IMG/VR virus record: IMGVR_UViG_3300025030_000062 | Coordinates: 30,900-94,899 of that record | Source: a virus | Direction: 5' to 3' (one strand) | DNA: 64,000 nt | In this document: one piece after another, positions 20,517-30,403 of the stretch | Numbering within the stretch: the stretch's first letter is position 1 | Layout: every line of letters begins with the position of its first letter | The notes under the pieces: generated by a model | The model's input: only the letters and a program-made list of their open reading frames with translations | What the model was told of the DNA's origin: nothing | The model's database searches: none | Translations under genes and position numbers: made by a program

Positions 20517-20533
20517 AAAGCGCCTCTTTTGAA

Positions 20534-20737
20534 TTAAATTGAAAGTTTAACTGGACTTAAATAGTTGTATAGAGTTACAATTTTGTCAGAACCTGAATCT
20601 TTATCATTACCTCTTTGTAAAAATGAACGCAGCCATTCTACTTGTAATCCGGTATCTATGGCTATTTGAGTTAGTTTTAAACTAATATGTCTATTTTTTA
20701 GTAATGACCAAGTTTTAAGACGAAGTTCTATATTCAT
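20534..20737 (-). CDS. Small HTH DNA-binding protein (paralog of 41523..41717)
   Basis: LTQIAIDTGLQVEWLRSF helix-turn-helix pattern. Confidence 0.65.
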   Translation of the reverse strand: MNIELRLKTWSLLKNRHISLKLTQIAIDTGLQVEWLRSFLQRGNDKDSGSDKIVTLYNYLSPVKLSI

Positions 20738-20759
20738 AAATATTCTCCTTTAAAATGAA

Positions 20760-20799
20760 ACTGAGGCGTATCCTAGCATAAACAGGACGCCTCAGTCAA
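20760..20799 (-). promoter_or_regulatory. Sigma-70-type promoter embedded in an inverted repeat
   Basis: Minus strand TTGACT-18-TAGGAT with TG extension; ACTGAGGCGT (20760-69) / ACGCCTCAGT (20787-96) inverted repeat. Confidence 0.55.
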
Positions 20800-20841
20800 T
20801 GAGATTTTACTGATATTGATGAAAAGTTACGTTAAAATATT

Positions 20842-21885
20842 TTAAGCACGAACCCCCATTAAAGCCCCGCGCACCTTAATGCTATTTGCTTCACCAAAGA
20901 ACATAGCGTAGTTATTAGAATAGAAATCAACAACCTTAATACAACTTTCAATACGTTTCAATTGCTTGATGTTAAAGCAAGGACCGAAATGTATTCCAGG
21001 TACATCGAACACAGCACCTTCGCCCTTGTCTCTATGTGATTGCAAGCAGTTCTCGCCAAAGTACACATTACCTGATTTGCTGAACGGCTCAATAGCAACT
21101 AGAGCTTTATAAAAGCCTATAGGTAGCGGTTGCGGATTACAAGCTACGTTTAAGATATTGTCAATGTTAGGATAAGCTTCTTCGTAAAGCTGCGTTTTGA
21201 CCCATGAGTTATCGTCGTAGAAAAAGGTAACAGAGTTGTTAGAAAATCCTAATTCCTTGAGCGATTTATCGGTGTCGAGCACAGCTGAGATGAATGACTT
21301 TGGCAACAAGAGGGTAGGCAGGTTCATACCGTGCCATACTTCCATGATTACAACAGCATCAGTGCTGATTAGAGAATTCTGACGCAACAATACAGAGCCA
21401 AGGATGACTTTCTTGGCGTCTTCTTTGCTGAAGGGTGCTGCGATATCCATTCCTGCCTTAATCGCGTCAGAAACGGCAGCACAGGGCGCGTCCGGTGCGA
21501 ATCCCGGCGACTCTTCCGGTAAACAAGGAATCGCGGCTGAGAACTTGTCTGCTTTAACAAAAAGCTTGCCAGGATCAACCTGAGTCATGGCAAACTCGGT
21601 AGGACAGTTGCGAATAGCCTCAAGCAGATGCATGATATGCGGCCTAGAGTTCAAATCAACATCAGTCCTAATGCCAGCTGAGATGACGTTGTTTGAAGCT
21701 GTCAATCGTCCGTTATTAAAGCAACAATGTTGTTGTTGGGGCGTACCTGATTTATCAAAGACAACGGAGATAAATTCAAGTTCCTCAAACAGCTTGACAG
21801 AGCGGTTAGCTTTCGGCTTTTGAGTCTTAGTTTGCTTGACTGGCTTAGGCTGCTTAATTGATTTGGAGATAACTCTAGCTGGCAT
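20842..21885 (-). CDS. Phage sliding clamp (DNA polymerase III beta-like)
   Basis: About 350 aa next to polB; LTASN, ISTDA and TQLYEEAYPNIDNIL echo DnaN ATD/ATDG and RLI..xYP motifs. Confidence 0.7.
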   Translation of the reverse strand: MPARVISKSIKQPKPVKQTKTQKPKANRSVKLFEELEFISVVFDKSGTPQQQHCCFNNGRLTASNNVISAGIRTDVDLNSRPHIMHLLEAIRNCPTEFAMTQVDPGKLFVKADKFSAAIPCLPEESPGFAPDAPCAAVSDAIKAGMDIAAPFSKEDAKKVILGSVLLRQNSLISTDAVVIMEVWHGMNLPTLLLPKSFISAVLDTDKSLKELGFSNNSVTFFYDDNSWVKTQLYEEAYPNIDNILNVACNPQPLPIGFYKALVAIEPFSKSGNVYFGENCLQSHRDKGEGAVFDVPGIHFGPCFNIKQLKRIESCIKVVDFYSNNYAMFFGEANSIKVRGALMGVRA

Positions 21886-21894
21886 TTTAATACC

Positions 21895-22131
21895 TCACAG
21901 GTTGCGTAGCAAATCGGTTTTGTCAATCAAACGCCGTAACAAGATAGCAATATTGCTTCCACATAAACAACCGCGATCAACTTGTTCAACATGTGTAGTA
22001 TTACTTACTCTGAATCTATCACCTCTCCAAGTGAACCTAATTGCGTCAGGTTCACTTACATCTATATCTTTAATTTGCTCAGGATAAGGAAGTGACGTAA
22101 TAACAAGTTCAAGAAGTTCTTCGTTTTTCAT
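21895..22131 (-). CDS. Hypothetical protein
   Basis: Overlapping start/stop with neighbours; RBS upstream. Confidence 0.55.
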   Translation of the reverse strand: MKNEELLELVITSLPYPEQIKDIDVSEPDAIRFTWRGDRFRVSNTTHVEQVDRGCLCGSNIAILLRRLIDKTDLLRNL

Positions 22132-22361
22132 ATAAAATCTCCTTCAATCAAAGCTTCAGTTGCGATACAAACAGGGCAATCACAGTTCTTGTTGCTTACG
22201 CCAAGTCCGTTACATTCGCAATCGCGGTCTGTTATGCGTTCTAGGGCGATTTTGTAGATAGAGAGTTTAGCAGCCATCGATTTATACTCTTCAACTGTTC
22301 TAGCGGTCATTGAGCGCATAGGAGGTTGACCGTTGATTTCTAATGTTTCTTCTAAATCCAT
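22128..22361 (-). CDS. Hypothetical protein (Cys cluster)
   Basis: Operon packing; CEC...CDCPVC. Confidence 0.5.
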   Translation of the reverse strand: MDLEETLEINGQPPMRSMTARTVEEYKSMAAKLSIYKIALERITDRDCECNGLGVSNKNCDCPVCIATEALIEGDFI

Positions 22362-22521
22362 TGCCTAACCTCCTTCGGCCTATCAGACACATCTTCGCCA
22401 TTAGCAAGCTTATGTTTGTAAATCTTATACAAGCTGTCGCTTACTACCCATTTGGGGATCATCGGACCTAGTTCGCAATCCATACATTGTTCAGCAAGAT
22501 ATTGCCCACAATTTGTACAGT

Positions 22522-22827
22522 TCATTCTAAACATCCTCCGCAAAGGTCACAAACTTTGTTCTCAGTGTCGCACATCTCAGCATCTTCGTCGTGTAACTCA
22601 GGATCAACCATTTCAACAACCTTGTTAAGCTCAGCGGCAGCTGCTTCGTATTTGGCTTTAGCAAGGTCGTAAGCAGCTTGAGCTTCAGTTTTCAGGAAAG
22701 CGTGCGCTTCGGTCCAGGTGTTGAACCATTTACACCACTTAGTATTAATAGCTCCAAATCCATAATTAAATTCTTCCTTAACTATTTCAGGCGTGTAAGT
22801 CCCAAGCATTGCGCCGTACTTTATCAT
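22522..22827 (-). CDS. Hypothetical protein
   Basis: RBS GGAG; operon packing. Confidence 0.5.
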   Translation of the reverse strand: MIKYGAMLGTYTPEIVKEEFNYGFGAINTKWCKWFNTWTEAHAFLKTEAQAAYDLAKAKYEAAAAELNKVVEMVDPELHDEDAEMCDTENKVCDLCGGCLE

Positions 22828-22855
22828 TTCATTTCTCCGCTAGAGGGAACTAGAG

Positions 22856-23284
22856 TTAAATTAGAAACAAGTATTCGGAGTGATCTCTTGCGTGATGCAA
22901 TGCACAATACCACTTAACCTCAAGAGGTTTGCTGTAGTCTTCGTGGTGCGCCAATACAGGCGTAGCTCCGCAAATTTCACAAGGTAATTTTATTAATTTG
23001 CCTGTTTTAACGGCATATTGGACGGCTCTATGCGCTTCGTGCTTTTCAGGATTACGTCTGCGCCAATCAGCAGTTCTCTCAGTTTTGTTCTCTTTACGTT
23101 TAGGGTCTTCCCGATAGCGTCTCGTATCATATTCTCTAACACTATCGTTGTTAATGCGATGAACTCTGACATCTTTCTTAGTACAATCTTTACACTTATT
23201 AAGATGACCGTCTCCCATTTGAGGATGTTTGTAGAATTCGGAAAGCGGTAGATGCCTATTACATTTAAAGCATGTCTTGCGCAT
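22856..23284 (-). CDS. HNH-like zinc-binding endonuclease
   Basis: KTCFKC...LSEFY...CKDC and CEICG....AHHEDYSKPLEVKWYCALHH; ATG at 23284 after GAGG. Confidence 0.7.
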   Translation of the reverse strand: MRKTCFKCNRHLPLSEFYKHPQMGDGHLNKCKDCTKKDVRVHRINNDSVREYDTRRYREDPKRKENKTERTADWRRRNPEKHEAHRAVQYAVKTGKLIKLPCEICGATPVLAHHEDYSKPLEVKWYCALHHARDHSEYLFLI

Positions 23285-23294
23285 AATTAACCTC

Positions 23295-23555
23295 TCAAAA
23301 GGGACATTCCGCGTAACTCCAATCACCACAAGCCTTAACTATTATCCTAACAGGAGGTCTAGCATTAAAAGCTTTACATAATTCAGCTTGTTCATCAAAT
23401 TTCTCGCAATTTAAACACGAACGCATGTTCTTGTCAAGGATATCTATCACTTGAATGCATAATTGATCAGCCAGCTTGTTAATTGCTTCTTGTCTTGATA
23501 CGTATGTATTGTGGGAACGGTCATGCATTTCGGTTGCTGTCATTCCTTCGCTCAT
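23295..23555 (-). CDS. Small Cys-rich protein
   Basis: SCLNCEKF...C...ARPP..IVKAC. Confidence 0.5.
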   Translation of the reverse strand: MSEGMTATEMHDRSHNTYVSRQEAINKLADQLCIQVIDILDKNMRSCLNCEKFDEQAELCKAFNARPPVRIIVKACGDWSYAECPF

Positions 23556-23824
23556 AATTGCTCCTTCGTGGGTCGGTAGTTCGTAATTAGGTGCTCTAAG
23601 ACTTGATCAAAGGTTTCATTCTCAAGAGTTAAAATTGAGATTGGCTTAACCGTGCCTGCGAAAGTCTTAAGTCTATATTCAACCACATCAACTTTAGGGT
23701 AAGTATGAAATTCGACAACACCAGGCTCAGGTTCATTTAATACAAGAACTCTTAAGTATGTCCCGTTAATCATGACCCGTTGACCATCCAGTGGTCCGCC
23801 TACGCACATGTAGCCTTTCAACAT
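23552..23824 (-). CDS. Hypothetical protein (CxGGPLDG N-terminus)
   Basis: Motif shared with small ORF 23992..24147. Confidence 0.5.
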   Translation of the reverse strand: MLKGYMCVGGPLDGQRVMINGTYLRVLVLNEPEPGVVEFHTYPKVDVVEYRLKTFAGTVKPISILTLENETFDQVLEHLITNYRPTKEQL

Positions 23825-23991
23825 AATATCCTCTCCAATCGCTCCATATCCGAACGAGCGTTATTTAAGAAATCCCAAGGTTCCGTTAGGGCAAGGTATC
23901 CAAGCTGTACCAATAACTTGCTCAACGTAGTACATGCCTTTAATCTTCCTGATTCTAAGCTTCTTGCTCTTAGAATACTCAATACCTTCTT

Positions 23992-24147
23992 TCATATTGC
24001 CAAACCTCGCATTACAAATTTATTCAGTTCTTTGTCGAGAATGTAAGTGTAAGTACGGCAATTAATAGAAGAGGTGAACGAGCTTATTTCAGAACTAAAC
24101 TCAACTTCTTGATTGTCAAGTGGACCGCCTATGCAGAGTAGTTTCAT
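23992..24147 (-). CDS. Hypothetical 51-aa protein (MKLLCIGGPLD...)
   Basis: Manually translated; RBS AAGGAG; below ORF-track length cut-off. Confidence 0.5.
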   Translation of the reverse strand: MKLLCIGGPLDNQEVEFSSEISSFTSSINCRTYTYILDKELNKFVMRGLAI

Positions 24148-24159
24148 TTGTTGGCTCCT

Positions 24160-24804
24160 TTATTCAGCTATAAACACGCAGAGTTTGTTATTAACAGTTT
24201 CGGTTCTTAGTTCAGGAATCACAGTACCTATAAAGCCGCGCAAGCACGATTTTGCACTAGATAAACTGCTATAATGATGGTCAAGCACCTTAATAAGTTC
24301 GTTGAATTCAACTCCTGGTTTAGCGCGTACTAGATTAACCAACTCTCGGCAAGTACGTTTGAAAGGAGTCCATTGACCACCTTTACTCGATCCCGCCTCG
24401 CAAAACGTTTTCTGTTCTTCGTGCAATTTCAGCAAGTGCGGTTTGCGATTGAGTTTAGGTTTAACGCTTTCTTCAACTAAATCTCTATCTATTTCAATCC
24501 TAATAACACCAATTCCGTAATCTTTGCACACATTCTTAGCTAAACCTCTGTAGCCTGCTGATTTCCAAGGAACTGCTACTGAACTGTAATGGCAATGTCT
24601 ACGCCAATTGTAAGCTTGTTCGATAACAGGAAAGCCAAATGAAAGCTTAGCTTCAATTGCCCATTGAATCTTGTCGCGGGTAGCAACGATATCAACTCTA
24701 CCACCTGGACCTTCAACCTCTTGATAGATCGTCCAGCCCCATTCCTGAAGGTTCTTTATCAAGCATTGAGCTAGTTCTTGTTCGGTTATTTTAGGTTGTT
24801 TCAT
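24160..24804 (-). CDS. PD-(D/E)xK nuclease-like protein
   Basis: QEV...RVDIVA......IEAKLS....EQA restriction-endonuclease-fold motif. Confidence 0.6.
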   Translation of the reverse strand: MKQPKITEQELAQCLIKNLQEWGWTIYQEVEGPGGRVDIVATRDKIQWAIEAKLSFGFPVIEQAYNWRRHCHYSSVAVPWKSAGYRGLAKNVCKDYGIGVIRIEIDRDLVEESVKPKLNRKPHLLKLHEEQKTFCEAGSSKGGQWTPFKRTCRELVNLVRAKPGVEFNELIKVLDHHYSSLSSAKSCLRGFIGTVIPELRTETVNNKLCVFIAE

Positions 24805-24813
24805 ATTGTTCCT

Positions 24814-25050
24814 TTACACAAATTCAATTTCAGTTTCAAAGGGAATTGTGCAGCCGTTAGTTAGTTCAGGTCCGAATACATGCATAACTTCATGCATTTG
24901 CATTTTAAATCTTCCGTCGCGTTGCAAATACATTTCAACGTAAGGCGACGGGTCAAGTCCTAGTTCTTTGTAATACTTATTAAATATCTCTTCGCCGCGC
25001 TTAGTTACTTTTATCAAAACTTGGTCATTAACGTTAAATCTCACGCTCAT
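24814..25050 (-). CDS. Hypothetical protein
   Basis: FNVND.V.IK.T..G...MHEVMHVFG pattern; operon packing. Confidence 0.55.
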   Translation of the reverse strand: MSVRFNVNDQVLIKVTKRGEEIFNKYYKELGLDPSPYVEMYLQRDGRFKMQMHEVMHVFGPELTNGCTIPFETEIEFV

Positions 25051-25343
25051 TGTTCAGTCTCCTTTAACGCCGTAGCTAGATACTCAGACTTAATTTCAAG
25101 TATCTCAGCTTCTAACTCTTTAACTTTCTCTTTCAACTCTTTGTTAATATAGTCAAGTTCTCGAATCTGATCTTCCTTGCAACTAATCTGATTCTGAAGA
25201 TCATCCCATTCCTCAGAGCAATTACCTTCAAGCACCTCAATAACTCGCAATACAGCTTCATCAGTTATCGTGTGCTTGTAAGCTTCAAGCCAATCTTTTA
25301 CGTCTTCGTAAGTTTCAATTAAAGCTTCGTCGCGCCTAGACAT
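25047..25343 (-). CDS. Coiled-coil hypothetical protein
   Basis: RBS GGAGG; heptad pattern. Confidence 0.5.
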   Translation of the reverse strand: MSRRDEALIETYEDVKDWLEAYKHTITDEAVLRVIEVLEGNCSEEWDDLQNQISCKEDQIRELDYINKELKEKVKELEAEILEIKSEYLATALKETEQ

Positions 25344-25347
25344 TACA

Positions 25348-26016
25348 CTACCTCCCTATTTCCACGTTAGCCGGAATAACCCTTTGCAGTTCACCAGCAA
25401 GCAGATATCTAACAAGCTGTTCTATATCAGAAGTACTCACTTCAGCTTCTTTAATAGCGTTGTACTCAGCATCGGTAAAGGAAAGAGTGATTGCAGTAGG
25501 CGCTTTAGGAGGGTGAAGCAGTTTTGCAAGAGTATCTTTAGGCATAATTTCCTCGCTAGGTGTTTGGTTAAAGACGAATAAAGGACGATTCTTAATTTCA
25601 CACACGCTGCATCTCGGTCCTGCTCCGCGTACATTAACAGTACATCTTTCGCTGTTTTCAAGCATTGCTTCACATTGTTTACTTATTTTCATATTTTCCT
25701 CCAAAGTTTCAATAGCTCCCAAAGAGCATTGTCTATTTAGAAGCACTACAGGATCAATAACCTCTCCGCATAGTGGACATTGCCAAGCGTCAAAGTGTCT
25801 TACAAAGTCATAAAATCTTTCCTGGCGCATAGGCGCTTTGCAGCGAGGACATTTCATTATTCTTCCTTGATAAACTTCGCAAAGTTGAGCATTCATCATC
25901 CTGATATTATCAGACTCACATAACCCTTCTTCGTCCATGCAAACGTATCTCTTGGTTAACTTGTAAGTAACACAGTCGATCATTAAAGCAGCAGGTCTTT
26001 CAGTGTCAGCAAACAA
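25348..26016 (-). CDS. Multi-module zinc-finger protein with internal RBS+ATG starts
   Basis: MKCPRC...ERFYD...FDAWQCPLCGEVIDP module; internal starts near 25858, 25692 and 25545. Confidence 0.5.
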   Translation of the reverse strand: MFADTERPAALMIDCVTYKLTKRYVCMDEEGLCESDNIRMMNAQLCEVYQGRIMKCPRCKAPMRQERFYDFVRHFDAWQCPLCGEVIDPVVLLNRQCSLGAIETLEENMKISKQCEAMLENSERCTVNVRGAGPRCSVCEIKNRPLFVFNQTPSEEIMPKDTLAKLLHPPKAPTAITLSFTDAEYNAIKEAEVSTSDIEQLVRYLLAGELQRVIPANVEIGR

Positions 26017-26042
26017 ATCAGTTAGCTTAATAGGGTTTTCAT

Positions 26043-26492
26043 TTACCTCTCATAGTTATAAACATGAATATCAATTTGATGCTCGTTGCTAACATGTTCA
26101 AGAATCTGTAACACTATATTCCAATCACCACCAGCGTTATTGCAGCCCATTCCTAGCGGCAAGCCAAGCTTAAAAGGTTGTTGCAATTGCTCTGCTAAGG
26201 AATGTAAAGCATTGTGAAGTGCATCATAATCTGTATAGCGTTTATCCCTACCGTAGCGAAATTGGCCGTACAAGTGAGTTACCTTCTTGCTCCCTAGTTC
26301 ATGACCTATCAAGCACGTTCCAAGGCGCTCGTTTACAGGCCTTTTGTCTTCGAAGTAGGGTAGACATGCCCTTGGAAAGAGTTTACTGATTCTGAGGGCA
26401 ATTCCGGCTCCCATTTTCGCTTGACAGTTGACTTGGTGAGCGATCACCGTGCAGTCACTGGCTAGAAGGTCTTCGTTGTGGTAGATGATCAT
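26043..26492 (-). CDS. Macrodomain (ADP-ribose binding/hydrolase) protein
   Basis: DLL....IAHQVNCQAKMGAGIA...LYGQ..YG....TDYDAL...P.GMGCNNAGGDW. Confidence 0.85.
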   Translation of the reverse strand: MIIYHNEDLLASDCTVIAHQVNCQAKMGAGIALRISKLFPRACLPYFEDKRPVNERLGTCLIGHELGSKKVTHLYGQFRYGRDKRYTDYDALHNALHSLAEQLQQPFKLGLPLGMGCNNAGGDWNIVLQILEHVSNEHQIDIHVYNYER

Positions 26493-26905
26493 ACCAGCTT
26501 CTCAATTTGTTCGATAATCTCTTCAAGAGCAAAGCAAACATCACAAATATAATTAACTTCTCTATCACATTTGCATTGTTTATCGTTGCTATAACTGTAG
26601 ATTATTTCAAGAATTTGCTTTTTAGCCGCGTTATATCCTTCGTTGCAAGCTCTAACTTCTATCTGTTGTTTACTAAACATATTACCTCCTTACCCAACCT
26701 CTCACACAACTCAACAGCCTCCTGTTCGCTGAACTCACCTGAACCAGCGGCAACCAATGTTACAGGACCGACGCAAATGGACTTAATTGAAGCATCACAA
26801 CCTCTCAACTGTTCGAACAGTAGTATTTGATTCTTAGCAAACTGTTTGGTATTCATGTTAAGGTACTTGTACTCAACAAGCTCACTCATTTATGTCTCCT
26901 TTGAG

Positions 26906-28618
26906 TTAATCCCACTCAACACCAGTAACTTCATAATACTGACCGGTTTTCATTACCTTGATTCGCTTTGGCACACGTAACTGAGATACGTAAAGTAAAG
27001 CTTCGTCAGTGCTAGTAGGCGGTTCTGATGCATGGCGTTGACGCCACCAGTTTTTGAATCTTGTTAGAGCAAATCCCTTGTGTTGTGGGCATTGCCACTC
27101 TGAAAACTTTTGCAGTCCTGAGTAATACGAAACTTTGATACTAGGTTCTGAGCCAATCTTAGTATGCTTGTGGTAGATAACCCTTGTTACTTCTTTGATT
27201 TCTTCTGTTGGAACTTCACCGGCAAGCACAGGTGCTGTTCCTGATGTACTAAGTAACTTTGTTTTGAATATAAACTCTGCGCCACAACCTTCATCAGAAC
27301 GATATGGTTTACCGCCGCAATAACGAGCTGAAGGATGGTTGTATATTCCACATATAACACCATCATGAACAGCTTCGCATGTTTTGATTGGCATTTCACC
27401 AACCTTATCACCTTTCTTGCGAGGTAAACGTGGATCATTTATTGGACCCAACCGCTTAGTGTTCGCTGCGAAGTCTAAAATACGACAATTTCGCTTAGTA
27501 TATTCGAATCCTGCTATGTACTGTTCAGGATTATTGCAATCATAAGGTCTAGTTCCCCTTCCGTATTTCTGAACATGGTTGCCGGTTGAAACGGTAGGGT
27601 AAAGATCAATAATCATGTCAATTGGAGGGTGATCAAACCCTTTAACAAGAACCTTGTAGCCAACCAATGCTTTAATCTTAGCCGTTTTAAATGCTTCGAG
27701 CCGTTCCTTACGTTGTTCCTTGGTGATCTTCGAATGAACAAATGTAGCAGATATGCCTAAGCTTTGAAGCATTTCGGCAATGTGTTCGCAATGTTCTACA
27801 CCTGAAGCGAAAACTAACCAGCAATGTCTGTTATCTTCATAGCCAATCTGAACCGACTCGCGCAGTGCTGCAAAGGTAATTTCTTGTTTATCAACAGCTT
27901 TTTGCAATGTACCTTGAGCGAAATCACCTTTGCTCATGCCCACATTAGAAACATCCAACTCAAAGGATGTGGGGCGCGCTATCGGCGGCGACAAGTATCC
28001 TTCTGCAATAAGCCTGTTGAACGGGTGAAGCTGTGTAATGTCAAAGCAAACGTCATCAAATAGCCTGTTATCGCCCTCAGTGAGCAATCCTTGACCCATT
28101 CTGTAGATCGTCGCGCTAAGACCAACTACGCGAAGGTTTGGATTAATTTCGTTCATCTGACTAACTATTTGACGATAACCTGTTTCTTCATCAGGAGAAA
28201 CACCCTGAACTTCGTCTATGATGATAATGTGACGAAACCCGAACGCTGGAATATTGTTTCTAACGCTACCTAGCGAACCAAAGATAATAGGATAAGCTAT
28301 TTCCTTTTTATCTAATCCTGCGCAATAAACACCAGCAGGAGCATTAGGCCAAAGCTGAAGAAGTTTCTTATGGTTCTGTTCAACTAGCTCTTGACTATCT
28401 ACCAATTGCATGATTCGCATATGTGGAAAGTAGCTAAGCAATAACTGGATTAGACCAGCTATTACAATCGCTTTGCCACTACCTGTGGGCATGGCTGCGA
28501 TTGTGTTTCCTGTCTCATTTTCATAGAGATAATTCAAGAAAGCATAAATGCATTCAATTTGATAGTCACGCGGAACTAACGCTGGTTTTTCAAATGAAGT
28601 TCTTTCTGAAGCTGACAT
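26906..28618 (-). CDS. Superfamily 2 helicase (RadD/ResIII-like) with C-terminal Zn finger
   Basis: RDYQ, PTGSGK, IIIDEVQ, GLSAT, KGFDHP.ID, QKYGRGTR. Confidence 0.9.
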   Translation of the reverse strand: MSASERTSFEKPALVPRDYQIECIYAFLNYLYENETGNTIAAMPTGSGKAIVIAGLIQLLLSYFPHMRIMQLVDSQELVEQNHKKLLQLWPNAPAGVYCAGLDKKEIAYPIIFGSLGSVRNNIPAFGFRHIIIIDEVQGVSPDEETGYRQIVSQMNEINPNLRVVGLSATIYRMGQGLLTEGDNRLFDDVCFDITQLHPFNRLIAEGYLSPPIARPTSFELDVSNVGMSKGDFAQGTLQKAVDKQEITFAALRESVQIGYEDNRHCWLVFASGVEHCEHIAEMLQSLGISATFVHSKITKEQRKERLEAFKTAKIKALVGYKVLVKGFDHPPIDMIIDLYPTVSTGNHVQKYGRGTRPYDCNNPEQYIAGFEYTKRNCRILDFAANTKRLGPINDPRLPRKKGDKVGEMPIKTCEAVHDGVICGIYNHPSARYCGGKPYRSDEGCGAEFIFKTKLLSTSGTAPVLAGEVPTEEIKEVTRVIYHKHTKIGSEPSIKVSYYSGLQKFSEWQCPQHKGFALTRFKNWWRQRHASEPPTSTDEALLYVSQLRVPKRIKVMKTGQYYEVTGVEWD

Positions 28619-28637
28619 GTTTAGCCTTTAAATGAAG

Positions 28638-28991
28638 TTAAATCCCAACACACCGACAAACGCACTCGCCTGAACAGAAAGCAAAGTTACCATAAAACGT
28701 AGCGTCATCTTCATGAACTTCTTTACCGCATTGCTCGCAACTAACAGTTCCATTGAACGGAACGTATTCGCCGATACCTTTAGAGGAAAACTGGTTCTTA
28801 GTAGGGTCATAAACAGTACCGTCCTGGCGCGTAGTCCACCAATGCGGCTGCTTGCCCCAAAGAGGACAGTGATAGTGACCGCGAACCAAAGTAAGGCTAG
28901 GATCGGCTGCTACGGCTGCTTCTGACATCTCCTTGCACTTGCCGCGATACTTTAAGTAGTCGTTTAGTTCAGTGGCGTTTAGTTCAGTCAT
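28638..28991 (-). CDS. Transglutaminase/papain-like (Cys-His-Asp) protein with C-terminal Zn finger
   Basis: RGKC...QPHWW...YDPT..QF then CEQCG...FCSGEC; ATG at 28991. Confidence 0.5.
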   Translation of the reverse strand: MTELNATELNDYLKYRGKCKEMSEAAVAADPSLTLVRGHYHCPLWGKQPHWWTTRQDGTVYDPTKNQFSSKGIGEYVPFNGTVSCEQCGKEVHEDDATFYGNFAFCSGECVCRCVGI

Positions 28992-29535
28992 TTCAACACC
29001 TCGCCTACAACTACGCCGCATTTGCATTGTGCTTTAGGTCTATGATCCAGTTCACGGTAGAGTTTAAGCAGACAGTAAATACAAAGATCATCTACATAAC
29101 TAATTTCAACTTTAACTTTCTTGTATTGTCTGCTAGCATCAGACTTGAATTCCTGGTTAGCGTTAGTGTCTGTTGTAATCTCAGTATCGCAAATATCGCA
29201 AAAGCGTTTAATCATCTCAGTTCTCCTTTATGATGTGTTTACCAAAGCTAACTAGCATCAGCGCAATACGCATTTCATCTTCGCTCATAAGGCTAAGTTC
29301 CTCAACAGAAAGCTCACCCTTAGAAGCTTTAAGGCTTCTTTCTCCTAAAGGGCTACCAAGGAATTCGACAACTTCAACAAGCATTTGGTTGAGCTTTTCG
29401 TTCATCATTCCTTCACCTCAGACATAAGGTTATCTAACTCAAGCAAGCGTAGAAACGTTTCAGGCGTATCTTCACCTTTAGTGATAGTTTCTTCGATAGC
29501 TTTCAGTTCTTCGTATATTTCGGTGCGGGTCATGT

Positions 29536-29844
29536 TTAGTTCTCCTTACAAGCCGGTGCCGCGTGATAAACAGGTCGATCTGCACCACCAGCGGCTGAAC
29601 ATGCTCGACAACAAACTGTGTCAAACGGTACGCACTCGCTAACACCTTCCCATTCTCTTTCAAGATCATCAATCAATTCTTCAGCGGAATGAGCACCGTA
29701 TGCTTGTTCTTCATTATCTTCATCCTTAACAGTTAAATCCCAACCACCAGTTTCATATTTAATTGCGGGATTGTAAGTAAGACTGATGATTTGCAAGCCT
29801 AGTTCTTTGCATTTTTGTTCAATCTTGTTTCGGTTGCTTACCAT
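29536..29844 (-). CDS. Hypothetical protein
   Basis: RBS AGGAGG; operon packing. Confidence 0.5.
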   Translation of the reverse strand: MVSNRNKIEQKCKELGLQIISLTYNPAIKYETGGWDLTVKDEDNEEQAYGAHSAEELIDDLEREWEGVSECVPFDTVCCRACSAAGGADRPVYHAAPACKEN

Positions 29845-29858
29845 TCTTAACCTCCTAT

Positions 29859-30392
29859 TTAATTAAAACTACGACTAATCTTAGGAACGTCTACAGGACT
29901 CGGTTTTTCTTTCTGGCTGGCTTGTATTTCTTCCTTTGTCAACACAGGAATAGCATCGCCTTTCAGTCTACGAATGTCAAAGTCACAGAACTCAATAGCA
30001 GCACCAGTTTTCTCTAGCTTGCCGCTAGGCTGAACATCGACATGAACGCAACCGCTTATATGCAGGCACAAAGACACGGCAGTTCCAGTAAAACCGGTAG
30101 CGATGTCAGTAACCTGAGTACCTAACACATTCAGCGGCAAATCAGGTTCGGGTATCCTAGTTCCACCTTCAAGGCGTTCTTCAACAACCCATATCTTTTT
30201 GACAGGATGACCGGTTTCAGGGTTAATACCTTGCGGTTGAAACAGGTAAAGGCGGTTGTTGTTAATTTCAACTTGCATGTGAGTAACCATACCTTTAGAG
30301 CCGGTTGCCTTTTCAAACACAATAGAGCCGAGTTCAATCATTTGTTTCTCCTTTACGTGAATAGGTGCGGGGTTATATGCATTAGTTGTCAT
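29859..30392 (-). CDS. Hypothetical protein with two SH3-like repeats
   Basis: Internal duplication ELGSIVFEKATGSKGMVT / VLGTQVTDIATGFTGTAV, each followed by QP. Confidence 0.55.
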   Translation of the reverse strand: MTTNAYNPAPIHVKEKQMIELGSIVFEKATGSKGMVTHMQVEINNNRLYLFQPQGINPETGHPVKKIWVVEERLEGGTRIPEPDLPLNVLGTQVTDIATGFTGTAVSLCLHISGCVHVDVQPSGKLEKTGAAIEFCDFDIRRLKGDAIPVLTKEEIQASQKEKPSPVDVPKISRSFN

Positions 30393-30403
30393 TCGGTTAC
30401 TCC

